From Clostridiales bacterium (GTDB taxonomy: Bacteria; Bacillota; Clostridia; Christensenellales; UBA1242), in assembly GCA_918262735.1 (NCBI GenBank), contig CAKJYJ010000003.1:84883-148882 (forward strand): 64,000 nucleotides of DNA, written 5' to 3'. The position numbers and the translations under genes were made by a program. Positions within the stretch are counted from its first letter, which is position 1. Each line of letters opens with the position of its first letter. The notes below the pieces were generated by a model. That model was not told where the DNA came from, did not search any database, and worked only from the letters and a program-made list of their open reading frames with translations. Positions 19,138-29,111 of the stretch are shown here, piece by piece.

Positions 19138-20039
19138 TGGAATACAAATGTGGTTATGTGTGTTTGGTTGGTAGGGCGAATGCTGGTAAAAGCACATTAA
19201 TTAATGCTCTTACAGGGCAAAAAGTTGCAATTGTTTCTCCAAAACCACAAACAACAAGAAACAATATATTGGGCATTTTAACAAAGGAAAGTAGCCAAAT
19301 TGTTTTTGTTGACACGCCAGGAATACACACTACTAAAAATGCACTAGACAAGTATATGATGAAAAATGTTCGTTCTGCTCTTGGTGGGTGTGATGTTGTT
19401 GTGTATTTGGTTGATGGAACAAAAAAACTGCAAGAAGACGAGAAGAAATATATTAACAACCTTATTGCAAAAGAGTTAAAGGTAATTGTTGCAGTAACAA
19501 AAGTTGACATATTAAACTATAATAAAGTATATCCAATATTAGCAGAACTTGGCGAAATTAAAGGTGTGTGTGATATAATACCAATTTCATCAATAAAAGG
19601 GCAAAATTTGGATGTTTTAGAAGACGCTATATTAAAGTATATACCAGCATCTAGTGAGAAGAATTTTATATATCCAGAAGATGAATACACCGATAAGTCT
19701 GTAAGGTTTTTAGTTGCAGAAATAATTAGAGAAAAAGCGTTATACTTATATTCTGATGAAATCCCGCACGGCATAGCGTTAGATATAGTTAAATTTGATG
19801 ACAGCGATAAAATAACCAATATTGAAGTTGATATAATATGTGAAAAAGATACGCATAAATCAATAATTATTGGAAAGGGCGGAGCCAAGATAAAAAAACT
19901 AGGGGAAGATGCAAGGCTAGATATTGAAAAATTGCTAGGTAAGAAGGTGATGCTTAAAATGTTTGTTAAGGTTGAACCAAATTGGAGAAATAAACCAAAT
20001 AATCTAAGCGAATTTGGATACAATGATGGTTTGAAATAA
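19137..20039 (+). CDS. era: GTPase Era
   Basis: GRANAGKSTL, DTPG and TKVD motifs, plus a C-terminal KH domain (GKGGAKIKKLG). Confidence 0.95.
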   Translation: MEYKCGYVCLVGRANAGKSTLINALTGQKVAIVSPKPQTTRNNILGILTKESSQIVFVDTPGIHTTKNALDKYMMKNVRSALGGCDVVVYLVDGTKKLQEDEKKYINNLIAKELKVIVAVTKVDILNYNKVYPILAELGEIKGVCDIIPISSIKGQNLDVLEDAILKYIPASSEKNFIYPEDEYTDKSVRFLVAEIIREKALYLYSDEIPHGIALDIVKFDDSDKITNIEVDIICEKDTHKSIIIGKGGAKIKKLGEDARLDIEKLLGKKVMLKMFVKVEPNWRNKPNNLSEFGYNDGLK

Positions 20040-20249
20040 TGTTCTGCAACTTCACAACGATACTCGTTGACAATTACATTAAAAATATTCACAAAAAAAA
20101 ATAAAATATTTTTGAATACGCTTTGACAAATATTAAAAACTTTAATACACTTTAATTGTAGGGAGTGAATTATTCTTCACTTTCTGCATAGAATATTAGT
20201 GTGATAAACAAATCAAATAGTTAAAAAACAACAAAAGGGGGAAGAAAGT

Positions 20250-20399
20250 ATGAACAAAACATTTGTAAGTGAAGCATCAGAAATTGTGTGGAATGCTTTT
20301 AAGCAAACTGGCTATATTGGCTATTATATGCTTTTTTCACATATTGAGAATCCCCCAAAAGAACTTCAAGAAATAAGAGACGAAGGTCGAGATTATTAA
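20250..20399 (+). CDS. yqzL: YqzL-like small protein (49 aa), below the ORF-track length cutoff
   Basis: GGGGGAAG RBS before the ATG at 20250. The ORF (MNKTFVSEASEIVWNAFKQTGYIGYYMLFSHIENPP...) ends in TAA at 20397-20399. The WxxFxxTGxIxxYL-type core and the position between era and recO match yqzL. Confidence 0.55.
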   Translation: MNKTFVSEASEIVWNAFKQTGYIGYYMLFSHIENPPKELQEIRDEGRDY

Positions 20400-20405
20400 G
20401 CATTA

Positions 20406-21134
20406 ATGGAAGAAACAAAGGTAAAAGCCATAGTTCTTGGCGGAAGAGATTATAAAGAAAAAGATAAGTTAGTTGATTTATTCACACTGGAACAGGGCAT
20501 TGTTTCTGTTCTTTTTAAGAGTGTAAAAAGCGCAAATGCAAAATTAAAGTCAGCAAAAGAGATGTTTTCTTTTGGTGATTTTATTTATGCAACCGGTAAA
20601 TTTAATGTTGTTACCTCTGCTGAAATAATAGACACTTTTTATGGTATAACAAAAGATATTAAAAAGTATTATACGGCTTGTATGATTTTAGAAATAATAA
20701 AATGTGTTTTGCCAGTGGGTGAACAAAATGTTAATTTATTTTTAGAAACACTAAAAGCATTGAAAACGGTGGCATATGATAATGCAGACAACCTAACAAT
20801 TATTAATAAGTTTCTAGTTGTTGTTTTTGAAGGGCTTGGCTATAAATTTGCTCTTAACACGTGCAATACTTGTGGCTGTAAGTTCATGAATTATAGATAT
20901 ATGAATCTGGAATATGGCGACATAACTTGCCACAACTGCAAAACATTGAACAGTGTTGAAATATCGGTTGGTGAATATTCTGCACTTAGGTTAATATCAA
21001 TAACAGAATTTGAAAAATTGTCAACACTAAAATTAAATGGCGAAGTGTTAAACAAGTTATTTAATTTGCTATGTATGAATTTTGAGCACAGGTTCAATAA
21101 AAAACTAGAACTACCAGATATTCTTAAGACTTAG
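20406..21134 (+). CDS. recO: DNA repair protein RecO
   Basis: N-terminal OB-fold region, C-terminal CxxC...CxxC zinc motif (CNTCGC...CHNCK). Lies downstream of era. Confidence 0.8.
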   Translation: MEETKVKAIVLGGRDYKEKDKLVDLFTLEQGIVSVLFKSVKSANAKLKSAKEMFSFGDFIYATGKFNVVTSAEIIDTFYGITKDIKKYYTACMILEIIKCVLPVGEQNVNLFLETLKALKTVAYDNADNLTIINKFLVVVFEGLGYKFALNTCNTCGCKFMNYRYMNLEYGDITCHNCKTLNSVEISVGEYSALRLISITEFEKLSTLKLNGEVLNKLFNLLCMNFEHRFNKKLELPDILKT

Positions 21135-21195
21135 TTATATAAAATGCTTCAGTCACAATGAGGCATTTTTTATATGGCAAAATTATATTATTAAT

Positions 21196-21224
21196 TTCAC
21201 AACAGGCAAATAATATGATATAAT
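21196..21224 (+). promoter_or_regulatory. Sigma-A-type promoter placed for a leaderless rnhB mRNA
   Basis: TTCACA (21196-21201), 17-nt spacer overlapping TGaTATAAT (21216-21224). The ATG is 8 nt downstream and there is no SD. Confidence 0.4.
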
Positions 21225-21232
21225 ACCAACAT

Positions 21233-21844
21233 ATGTTAGAGTTTGAAAATGAAATGATTAGTAAAGGGTATAAATTAATTGCTGGAGTTGATGAGGCTGG
21301 ACGAGGCCCACTTGCCGGTGCTGTTTTTGTTGCAATGGCAATTATGCCACTGGATGAAAATAGCATTATACCAGGTGTTGATGATTCTAAAAAACTCTCA
21401 CCAACAAAAAGAAAGTTTTTGTTTGATAAAATAAAAAGTAAGGCAATTGCATATTCAATATGTTCGATTGATGAAAAGATAATAGATAGAATAAACATTT
21501 TAGAGGCAACAAAGCTAGGAATAAATAAGTGTTTACAAGAAATATCAATTAAGCCAGATTATTGTTTGGTTGACTATGTTGCAAAGCTTAATTTAGATGT
21601 GCCATTTTCAACAATAATTAAGGGTGATGCTCTTTCATACAGTATTGCCTGTGCAAGCATTCTAGCAAAGGTTGCAAGGGATGAATATATGGACGAAATG
21701 GATAAAAAATATCCAAACTATAACTTTACAAAACACAAGGGTTATGGAACAAAACTGCATTATGAGTGTTTGGATAAATATGGAATGTCTGAAATACACA
21801 GAAGAACTTTTCTTAAAAGGTATGAGGTAAAAAGTGGAAAATAG
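21233..21844 (+). CDS. rnhB: Ribonuclease HII
   Basis: GVDEAGRGPLAGAV and DSKKLS motifs. Confidence 0.93.
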   Translation: MLEFENEMISKGYKLIAGVDEAGRGPLAGAVFVAMAIMPLDENSIIPGVDDSKKLSPTKRKFLFDKIKSKAIAYSICSIDEKIIDRINILEATKLGINKCLQEISIKPDYCLVDYVAKLNLDVPFSTIIKGDALSYSIACASILAKVARDEYMDEMDKKYPNYNFTKHKGYGTKLHYECLDKYGMSEIHRRTFLKRYEVKSGK

Positions 21845-22205
21845 TGGTATGTTACCTTCTAGGGCAAAAAATAGAATAAAGGGTAGAACAGGTGAGGCTC
21901 TTGCTATTTGTTATCTTAAGAATAACAACATAAAAGTTTTAGAAACAAACTACACTAACGCAATTGGGGAAATAGATATTATTGCAAAGGACAATGATAA
22001 CAGACTTTTGTTTATTGAAGTTAAAATGAGAAGTTCGGCAGTTTTCGGATATCCAAGAGAGGCGGTTAATTATAAGAAACAGCAAAAAATTAGAAGGGTT
22101 GCTGAATTGTATTTAAAAATTAATCATTTAATAGATGCATACACAAGGTTTGACGTTATTGAAATACTTGGCGACAATATAACTCACATAAAAGCAGCGT
22201 TTTAA
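21834..22205 (+). CDS. yraN: YraN family endonuclease (UPF0102)
   Basis: GEIDIIAKD...LLFIEVKMR core. The GTG at 21834 is preceded by GAGGT; the ATG at 21849 is an alternative start. Confidence 0.8.
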   Translation: MENSGMLPSRAKNRIKGRTGEALAICYLKNNNIKVLETNYTNAIGEIDIIAKDNDNRLLFIEVKMRSSAVFGYPREAVNYKKQQKIRRVAELYLKINHLIDAYTRFDVIEILGDNITHIKAAF

Positions 22206-22267
22206 TAATATGGCTGAATATATTCTAAATGGAATATGAATATGTGCTCATAAAGTTTATTATAAAT

Positions 22268-22291
22268 AAAGACAGGCAAGCACCTGTCTTT
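22268..22291. terminator. Hairpin terminator between convergent yraN and rpmB
   Basis: aaagacagg / cctgtcttt stem with a 6-nt loop. The T-rich tract is on the minus-strand side. Confidence 0.6.
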
Positions 22292-22366
22292 AATAATTAC
22301 TAAGTTAAATATATCAATATTTGCTCATATACCCATACATTCATTATGTGTTATAATGCAAACAAA

Positions 22367-22549
22367 CTATGCTTTTTTTGCTGTTTTAATACACTTTGTG
22401 CAAGCAAGAACTTTTTTTTCTTCTCCGTTAACAGTTATAGTTGTTTTTTGAAGATTAGCTGAATATTGTCTATTTGCTTTACGATTGCTGTGGCTAACCG
22501 TGCAACCAGCCATTTTACTTTTTCCACATATTTCACAAACTCTGCTCAT
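22367..22549 (-). CDS. rpmB: 50S ribosomal protein L28
   Basis: MSRVCEICGKSKMAGCTVSHSNRKANR is the canonical L28 N-terminus. AGGAGG RBS. Confidence 0.95.
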   Translation of the reverse strand: MSRVCEICGKSKMAGCTVSHSNRKANRQYSANLQKTTITVNGEEKKVLACTKCIKTAKKA

Positions 22550-22739
22550 AATTCCTCCTAAAATATTAAATAAGCATGAAATTGCCTATAATTCTAAAAA
22601 ATACTAAATCAATATATCACGAATGTTAAACTTTTGCAAGAGATTTTTACTTTTTTCTTGAAAAAATAAAAAAACAGTTGAAAAATTAAGAGATTTAGTT
22701 TAATATATATATTGGCAGATATTAAAAGAGAGGGGCAAA

Positions 22740-23093
22740 TTGTCAGTTTCAACTAAAAATTATTACGGAACAATTGACATTTCAAACAACGCAATTGCAG
22801 CTGTTGCTGGTTTTACCACGCTTGAATGTTATGGTGTTGTTGACCTTGTTCAAAAAAACATAAAAAGAAGTATCTGTAACTTATTCAACAAACAACCATA
22901 TACCAAAGGTATAGTTGTAAATTATAATAGTGAAAATAGAATCTTCATCGACATATATTGCATTTTGAAATATGGTGTTTCACTTGGTGCAGTTGCTGAA
23001 AGCCTTAAAAAAACAGTTAAATATACTGTTGAGGATTTCACTGGCATGATTGTTGACACCGTTAATGTTCATGTGGTTGGTGTAAGGGTTTAG
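22740..23093 (+). CDS. Asp23/Gls24 family envelope-stress protein (YloU-like)
   Basis: TTG start after GAGAGGGG. ISNNAIAAVAG...ECYGV core. Divergent from rpmB and upstream of the DAK2 gene, as in B. subtilis. Confidence 0.85.
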   Translation: MSVSTKNYYGTIDISNNAIAAVAGFTTLECYGVVDLVQKNIKRSICNLFNKQPYTKGIVVNYNSENRIFIDIYCILKYGVSLGAVAESLKKTVKYTVEDFTGMIVDTVNVHVVGVRV

Positions 23094-23104
23094 GAGAATA
23101 TATA

Positions 23105-24742
23105 ATGCAGAAAACAATAAACGGTGTTACGCTCCGTAAAATGTTTGTGGGGGGCGTTGCGCTTTTAGATCAAAATAAAAAATTAGTAGATGCTTTGAAC
23201 GTATTTCCAGTTCCAGATGGTGACACAGGAACAAATATGTTCCTTACATTAAAATCAGCTGTAACAGAAGTTAATAATTGTATCGGAAATGACATACCTG
23301 AGTTATGCCACGCTTTTTCAAAAGGTGCGCTTCGTGGTGCAAGGGGTAACTCCGGTGTTATAACATCACAAATCATTAAAGGTTTAGCATCAATTCTTGG
23401 AACAAGCAAAGAACTCAACACAAAGGCTTTTGCAAAAGCAATACAAGAAGGTTGTAAAGTTGCATATAAAGCGGTAACAGTTCCAAAGGAAGGAACAATT
23501 TTAACTGTAATTCGAATTATGAGTGAGGCAGCTGTTGAAATTGCTAAAAAAACCTCAGATATGGAACAATTCTTAAAAGAGGTTATTGATAAAGGAGAAG
23601 AAATTCTTCAACAGACCCCAGAAATGTTACCTGTTCTTAAAAAGGCTGGCGTTGTTGATGCTGGTGGTAGAGGTATTATTGTTGTATTTACCGGTTTTTA
23701 TAGGGCGCTTGTTGGTGAAGATTTTGACTTTGTGTTTGCAGATAGTAAGCCTGTTCAAACAGCAGATGATGTTATTGCCGACATTGCAAATCTTGCAGAT
23801 ATTGAATTTGGATATTGCACAGAGTATATGATTATAAATATGAACAAAAAAACAACAGAGGCAGACATTGATAAATTGCGCGAAAAGTTGATGCAAATAG
23901 GTGATAGTGTTATTTGTCTTGGAGATTTGAATCTTGTTAAAGTTCATGTTCATACAAACACACCAAACATTGCACTTGGCTATGCTTTGGAACTAGGTGA
24001 ATTATTTAACCTTAAAATCGAAAATATGAGAGAGCAGAATCGTCAACTTAAAAAACAAGCACAAAATCAGGAAAGTGTTGAAGTTAAAGAAAATGGAATG
24101 GTTTCTGTTGCTCCTGGCAAGGGAATTGCGGATTTAATGAGGGATTTAACCGTTGATAGTATTATTGAAGGCGGTCAAACAATGAATCCTAGTGCAAACG
24201 ATATTGCACAGGCTGCAGACAAGGTTCCAGCTAAAAATGTATACGTTTTCCCAAATAATAAGAATATTATTCTTGCATCAGAGCAAGCAAAAGACTTAAC
24301 AGCAAAAAATTTAATAGTAATTCCAACAAAGAGTGTTCCTGAGGGTATTTCGGCAGCATTAGCGTTTAATCCGGAAGCAACAGTTGAAGAAAATACCCAA
24401 GCGATGATGGATTCAATATCTGCTGTTAAATCTGCTTCAGTAACATACGCTGTTCGTGCAACTCATGTTGATGGGTTTGATTTAAGTGTTGGAGAAATCA
24501 TTGGTCTAGATGATAAAGCAATATTAGCAAAGGGAACACAAATTGGCGACACAACGAAAGATTTGATTTCAAAATTAACTAACGATTCAATCACATCAAT
24601 TACCCTGTTCTATGGTGAAGATGTTAAGCCAGTTGAAGCAGAACTATTACAAAAAGAGCTTCAGGATAAATATCCAAACACAGAAGTAACGGTTATCTAT
24701 GGTGGTCAACCAGTTTATTATTACATTATTTCATTAGAATAA
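23105..24742 (+). CDS. DAK2 domain-containing protein (YloV-like)
   Basis: Dak2 signature PDGDTGTNM. Two-domain, ~545-aa architecture. Confidence 0.88.
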   Translation: MQKTINGVTLRKMFVGGVALLDQNKKLVDALNVFPVPDGDTGTNMFLTLKSAVTEVNNCIGNDIPELCHAFSKGALRGARGNSGVITSQIIKGLASILGTSKELNTKAFAKAIQEGCKVAYKAVTVPKEGTILTVIRIMSEAAVEIAKKTSDMEQFLKEVIDKGEEILQQTPEMLPVLKKAGVVDAGGRGIIVVFTGFYRALVGEDFDFVFADSKPVQTADDVIADIANLADIEFGYCTEYMIINMNKKTTEADIDKLREKLMQIGDSVICLGDLNLVKVHVHTNTPNIALGYALELGELFNLKIENMREQNRQLKKQAQNQESVEVKENGMVSVAPGKGIADLMRDLTVDSIIEGGQTMNPSANDIAQAADKVPAKNVYVFPNNKNIILASEQAKDLTAKNLIVIPTKSVPEGISAALAFNPEATVEENTQAMMDSISAVKSASVTYAVRATHVDGFDLSVGEIIGLDDKAILAKGTQIGDTTKDLISKLTNDSITSITLFYGEDVKPVEAELLQKELQDKYPNTEVTVIYGGQPVYYYIISLE

Positions 24743-24757
24743 CCATTAGAATACATT

Positions 24758-24791
24758 AAAAAACACAGCCTTTATAGGCTATGTTTTTTTT
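24758..24791 (+). terminator. Rho-independent terminator
   Basis: acacagcc-tttata-ggctatgt hairpin followed by a T-run. Confidence 0.7.
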
Positions 24792-24867
24792 AGCACGCAA
24801 TAATAATAGAAGGGTGATTGCTTCCATATATAATTTTGTGCGTTTAGTCTTAAATTATAACTGTGTG

Positions 24868-25467
24868 TTACTCTTTATTTTTCCTTTGAATATTGCTTGA
24901 AATTGTTGACCAAAGAATAACACCAATCTGCATTGGAATACCAATTAAGAATATTGGCCAAATATTATACTGAACTAAACTAATATAAACACAAACAAGA
25001 ACCGACCATATCAGAACAGATATAAACACAAAGTTAAACATATATTTGCCCCAAATGCTATTAAATATGATTGCAACAATGCAAGTTACAGGAATAGCAC
25101 AAACAAAAATTTGCCAAAAATATACATTGTTTATTAAACCAATATACACGAAACCTATTGTTGCTATAAACCAAACCAATAGAACAGCGAGTAGTGAAAT
25201 GGCAAGTTTTGTTCCAATTTGAATTTTATATGATTTTTTTATTTTTTCTGTTGACATATTTTCTTCAAATAGTTTAGAAATGGGAACATTAAAAATTTCG
25301 CTTAATTTATTTAGTGTTTGAATGTCTGGTGTAACGTCACCAGACTCCCATCTGGATATTGTCTTATTAGAATAATTTAATTTTTCAGAGAGCTCATATT
25401 GTGTTAATTTATTTGCCTTTCTGAGTGTTTTTATATTGTTTCCAATTATTATATTTATATTTTCCAT
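24868..25467 (-). CDS. Membrane-tethered XRE-family helix-turn-helix regulator
   Basis: N-terminal HTH (LTQYELSEKLNYSNKTISRWESG) followed by four hydrophobic helices. Confidence 0.75.
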   Translation of the reverse strand: MENINIIIGNNIKTLRKANKLTQYELSEKLNYSNKTISRWESGDVTPDIQTLNKLSEIFNVPISKLFEENMSTEKIKKSYKIQIGTKLAISLLAVLLVWFIATIGFVYIGLINNVYFWQIFVCAIPVTCIVAIIFNSIWGKYMFNFVFISVLIWSVLVCVYISLVQYNIWPIFLIGIPMQIGVILWSTISSNIQRKNKE

Positions 25468-25673
25468 GTCACAAGTATATCACATTTCTCGCCAAAAGTA
25501 CAATAATTTTGCAAAAAATAATAAAATTCTCAGCTGGCGAGAATCAAAAATTTATTGGACATAACGCCATGTACAATTCTATTTTGGTGGGTTTAATGTT
25601 TAGACTTTTTTATTTATATATGCCTTGATAATTAATAACAAATATGTTAGTATGGCAACGTACAGAGGACAAT

Positions 25674-26459
25674 ATGAAACAAAAAACAATATACTATGAA
25701 GACGAGTTGAATGATGAATTTTCTGGTGAAGCACCAAGAAAAACCATCAAAATTGATGGTGATTTTGAATATATAAAAAGAAGTCCTTTTTGGAATTTGT
25801 GTGCTTTTTTTGCGTATAGAGCAATAATGGTTCCTTTTGCCTTTATATATAATAAGTTGGTTTTACGCCAAAAATTTATTAACAAAAGTTGTCTAAAAAA
25901 ATCACGTGGTGGGGGGTATTTTGTTTATGCAAACCACACATTAAAGGCAGGAGATGCTTTTATTCCAAATATGCTTAATATGCCACGAAAAACCTACACA
26001 ATTGTTCATCCAGACAACATTTCTCTAAAAGGGGCCAAAAATTTTATATTAATGAATGGTGCAATTCCATTGCCATCAACAACAACCGCAACAAAGAATT
26101 TTATGGAGGCAATTGAAAAAAGAGTCGTTGAAGGGAATGCAATTCAAATATATCCAGAGGCACACATCTGGCCATATTACACAAAAATAAGGCCATTTAA
26201 GGCGATTAGTTTCAGATATCCAGTAAAACTTGACGAGGCGGTTTATTGTTTCACAAACACGTTTCATAAACGTAAATTCTGCAAAAAACCCAAAGTAATC
26301 ACATATGTTGACGGCCCATTTTATCCAAATAAAGAGTTGAGCCCTAAGGAACAAGAGCAAGATTTGCGAGACAGAGTTTATGAAACTATGTGCAAAAGGG
26401 CAGAGCTAAACACATACGAATTTATAAAATACGAAAGAAAGGAGAAAAAAGATGATTAA
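25674..26459 (+). CDS. Lysophospholipid acyltransferase (PlsC/AGPAT-like) family protein
   Basis: ANHTLKAGD (an H..D catalytic-type motif with atypical spacing) and IYPEAH (FPEG-like) motifs. AGAGGA lies before the ATG at 25674, which I prefer to 25644. Confidence 0.65.
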   Translation: MKQKTIYYEDELNDEFSGEAPRKTIKIDGDFEYIKRSPFWNLCAFFAYRAIMVPFAFIYNKLVLRQKFINKSCLKKSRGGGYFVYANHTLKAGDAFIPNMLNMPRKTYTIVHPDNISLKGAKNFILMNGAIPLPSTTTATKNFMEAIEKRVVEGNAIQIYPEAHIWPYYTKIRPFKAISFRYPVKLDEAVYCFTNTFHKRKFCKKPKVITYVDGPFYPNKELSPKEQEQDLRDRVYETMCKRAELNTYEFIKYERKEKKDD

Positions 26460-27261
26460 TTTAATGCAGGCTGGTAACTATAAAGTGTTTGATGGTATGG
26501 TCATTTCAGCACTTTCAATTGTTAAACACTGTAAAGACCCAATAACTATGTATATATTAACCATGGATTTAACAGATCTTAAGGAAGAGTACAGGCCAAT
26601 ATCGGACGAAAATATTAAAACCTTGGATAATATATACAAAAACGCAAACAGCGAAAGTAAAGTGGTAAAAATTGACCTAACAGATATGTATAAGAAAGAA
26701 TTTGAAAACTCACCAAGCAATGAAAATTTTTACACACCATACACCTTTTTGCGCCTATTTGCAGACCAACTTGAAATGTTGCCAGAAAAGATAATATATT
26801 TAGACACCGATGTTGTTGCAAATGGGAATATTAAGGAACTATTTGATGTGGATATAACTAACTATGAAATTGCAGCGGTAAAAGATTATTATGGAAGATT
26901 CTTCATTAACCCAAGATACTGTAACGCTGGTGTTATACTTTTTAACATGACAATTCTTAAGCAAACAAAAATGTTAAACAAAGCAATGCACTTATGTGCA
27001 ACAAAAAAGATTTTTCTTAATGATCAAACCGCAATACATAGACTAACAGAAAAGAAATTGATATTACCAAGAAAATTTAACGAACAACACAAACTTAGAA
27101 AAGACACAATAATCAGGCATTTTGCAATGAGCTTAAAATTTTTCCCATACTTTAGGAAACAGAACATTAAGCCATGGAATGTTGACGGATTACATAACAT
27201 TCTTAAGTGCCATGAATTTGATGACATAATTGAAAATTGGCAAAAAATTACACAAAAATAG
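26452..27261 (+). CDS. Glycosyltransferase family 8
   Basis: YLDTDVV DxD motif and NAGVILFN. The start overlaps the upstream stop. Confidence 0.75.
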   Translation: MINLMQAGNYKVFDGMVISALSIVKHCKDPITMYILTMDLTDLKEEYRPISDENIKTLDNIYKNANSESKVVKIDLTDMYKKEFENSPSNENFYTPYTFLRLFADQLEMLPEKIIYLDTDVVANGNIKELFDVDITNYEIAAVKDYYGRFFINPRYCNAGVILFNMTILKQTKMLNKAMHLCATKKIFLNDQTAIHRLTEKKLILPRKFNEQHKLRKDTIIRHFAMSLKFFPYFRKQNIKPWNVDGLHNILKCHEFDDIIENWQKITQK

Positions 27262-27320
27262 CAAAAAAATAAATAAAAAATATTAAAATTTTTGAAATTT
27301 ATATAATAAGGAGCAAATAA

Positions 27321-28271
27321 ATGAATACAAACGAAAAACAAATTATACCAATATTTTTTGCAAGTGATGATAACTACATACCATTTTTGGGAGTTGCAAT
27401 CAAGTCACTTTTAGACAATGCGTCTGATAAATATTTTTACAACATTCACATTTTAACTGAGGGTCTACGTGAGGATAATATTAAAAGAATAAAGGCGCTT
27501 GAAACTCCAAATTGTAAAATATACTTTAAGGATTTATCACAGAATATTGCAAGAATCAAAGAAAGACTTTCAGCCATTTTAAGAGACTACTATAGCGTTT
27601 CAATATTCTATAGAATTTTTATTGCTGCACTATATCCAGAATATCATAAAGCAATTTATCTAGATTGCGATATTGTTTTGGTTGATGACATTTCAAAAAT
27701 GTATGAGATTGATATTAAAGACAATATTCTAGGAGCCGCAACAGATGATGTTGTTTACACCAGTGATGTGTTCACAAAATACGCTGAAGATGGTGTTGGT
27801 ATATATAATCATCAATATTTTAATTCTGGCGTTTTATTAATGAATCTAGATGCCTACAGAGAAAACAAAATACAAGAAAAATTTGTATATCTTTTAGTTA
27901 AGTATAATTTTGATACAATATGTCCAGACCAAGACTACCTAAATGTTTTGTGCAAAGATAAGATATTTTGGTTGGATAAGGGTTGGGACAGAATGCCAGT
28001 TGGTGAGTTTGATGGGGAGCTCCACTTAATTCATTATAACAATTTCAAAAAACCTTGGTATTACGATGATGTTAGATATTCAGAGTATTTTTGGGAGTAT
28101 GCACGTAAGGCCGAGGACTTTATTGATGAAATATTGAGTATTAAAAACAGTTTCACATCAAAGATAGCAAAAGAAAAAGAGCAAGGCATAATCAATCTTG
28201 CCAACCAGGCAATTAAAATTTATTCAAGTGAGAATAATTTCTGCAAAGTTCTTGCCGGTAAAAAAATATAG
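27321..28271 (+). CDS. Glycosyltransferase family 8
   Basis: IPIFFASDDNY, YLDCDIV (DxD), FNSGVLLMN and HYNNFKKPW motifs. Confidence 0.8.
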   Translation: MNTNEKQIIPIFFASDDNYIPFLGVAIKSLLDNASDKYFYNIHILTEGLREDNIKRIKALETPNCKIYFKDLSQNIARIKERLSAILRDYYSVSIFYRIFIAALYPEYHKAIYLDCDIVLVDDISKMYEIDIKDNILGAATDDVVYTSDVFTKYAEDGVGIYNHQYFNSGVLLMNLDAYRENKIQEKFVYLLVKYNFDTICPDQDYLNVLCKDKIFWLDKGWDRMPVGEFDGELHLIHYNNFKKPWYYDDVRYSEYFWEYARKAEDFIDEILSIKNSFTSKIAKEKEQGIINLANQAIKIYSSENNFCKVLAGKKI

Positions 28272-28286
28272 TTTTGGGAGAAAAGA

Positions 28287-29111
28287 ATGGAAGAGAGTAA
28301 AATTCCAAAGGAAAGGCGAGAGGTGTTGGACAGGATTAAAGAATACGAAAAATTAGGTGGTGAAAACTTTTTTAATGATGTTGAAAATGACCCACCAACA
28401 AAAGTTCTAATGCCCGAAGATGTTGATTATCTTAAAAAGAAGTTGTCAAATAAAATAAAAAATTTGTCCTGTAGACGAATTGTAACAAAGATGTTAAAAA
28501 AATATGCAGTTGAACACCAAATTGAAATTGTGGGTATGGAAAATTTGGAAAAAATTAGTGGTGGAGCGATACTAACAACAAATCACTTTCACCATTTTGA
28601 TTCTGCACCACTTGTTTATGCTTTAAAGAAACTAAGACCAAAGCATAAGTTTCATATTGTTATAAGAGAAGGTAATTATCAAATTCCAGGATTTTTTGGG
28701 TTTTTATTAAAAAATTACAACACATTTCCATTGTCAAGCAATATGAGGACTATGGTAAACTTAAATAATGCCATAGGCACTGTGTTAAAAAAGAACCATT
28801 TTGTTGTTGTTTATCCAGAGCAGTCAATGTGGTGGAAGTACAGAAAACCAAGATATTACAGGATTGGTGCATTTAAGTGGGCATCAAAAAATAACGTGCC
28901 ACTTGTTCCTTGTTTCGTAACCATGGAAGATATGGACACTTTAGAAGAAGATGGATTGCCAGCTCAAAAACTAACACTTCATATTGGAGAGCCAATATAT
29001 CCTGATTCAAAATTAACGGTAAAAGAGAACGCAGATATAATGTTAAATAAAAACAAAGAGTTTACTGTTGGTGTTTATGAAAGCACTTATGGTGTGAAAT
29101 ACGACTTATAA
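28287..29111 (+). CDS. Lysophospholipid acyltransferase (PlsC-like) family protein
   Basis: NHFHHFD (HX4D) and VYPEQS motifs. Confidence 0.7.
   Translation: MEESKIPKERREVLDRIKEYEKLGGENFFNDVENDPPTKVLMPEDVDYLKKKLSNKIKNLSCRRIVTKMLKKYAVEHQIEIVGMENLEKISGGAILTTNHFHHFDSAPLVYALKKLRPKHKFHIVIREGNYQIPGFFGFLLKNYNTFPLSSNMRTMVNLNNAIGTVLKKNHFVVVYPEQSMWWKYRKPRYYRIGAFKWASKNNVPLVPCFVTMEDMDTLEEDGLPAQKLTLHIGEPIYPDSKLTVKENADIMLNKNKEFTVGVYESTYGVKYDL

Noticed and set aside
20040-20249. Possible small RNA in the 210-nt era-yqzL spacer (hairpin agtgaa-ttattc-ttcact near 20166-20183)
   Set aside because: There is only a 6-bp stem, no terminator-like T-run, and no resemblance to 6S, SRP or RNase P RNAs that I can recognise. 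The spacer probably just carries promoter elements for yqzL-recO.
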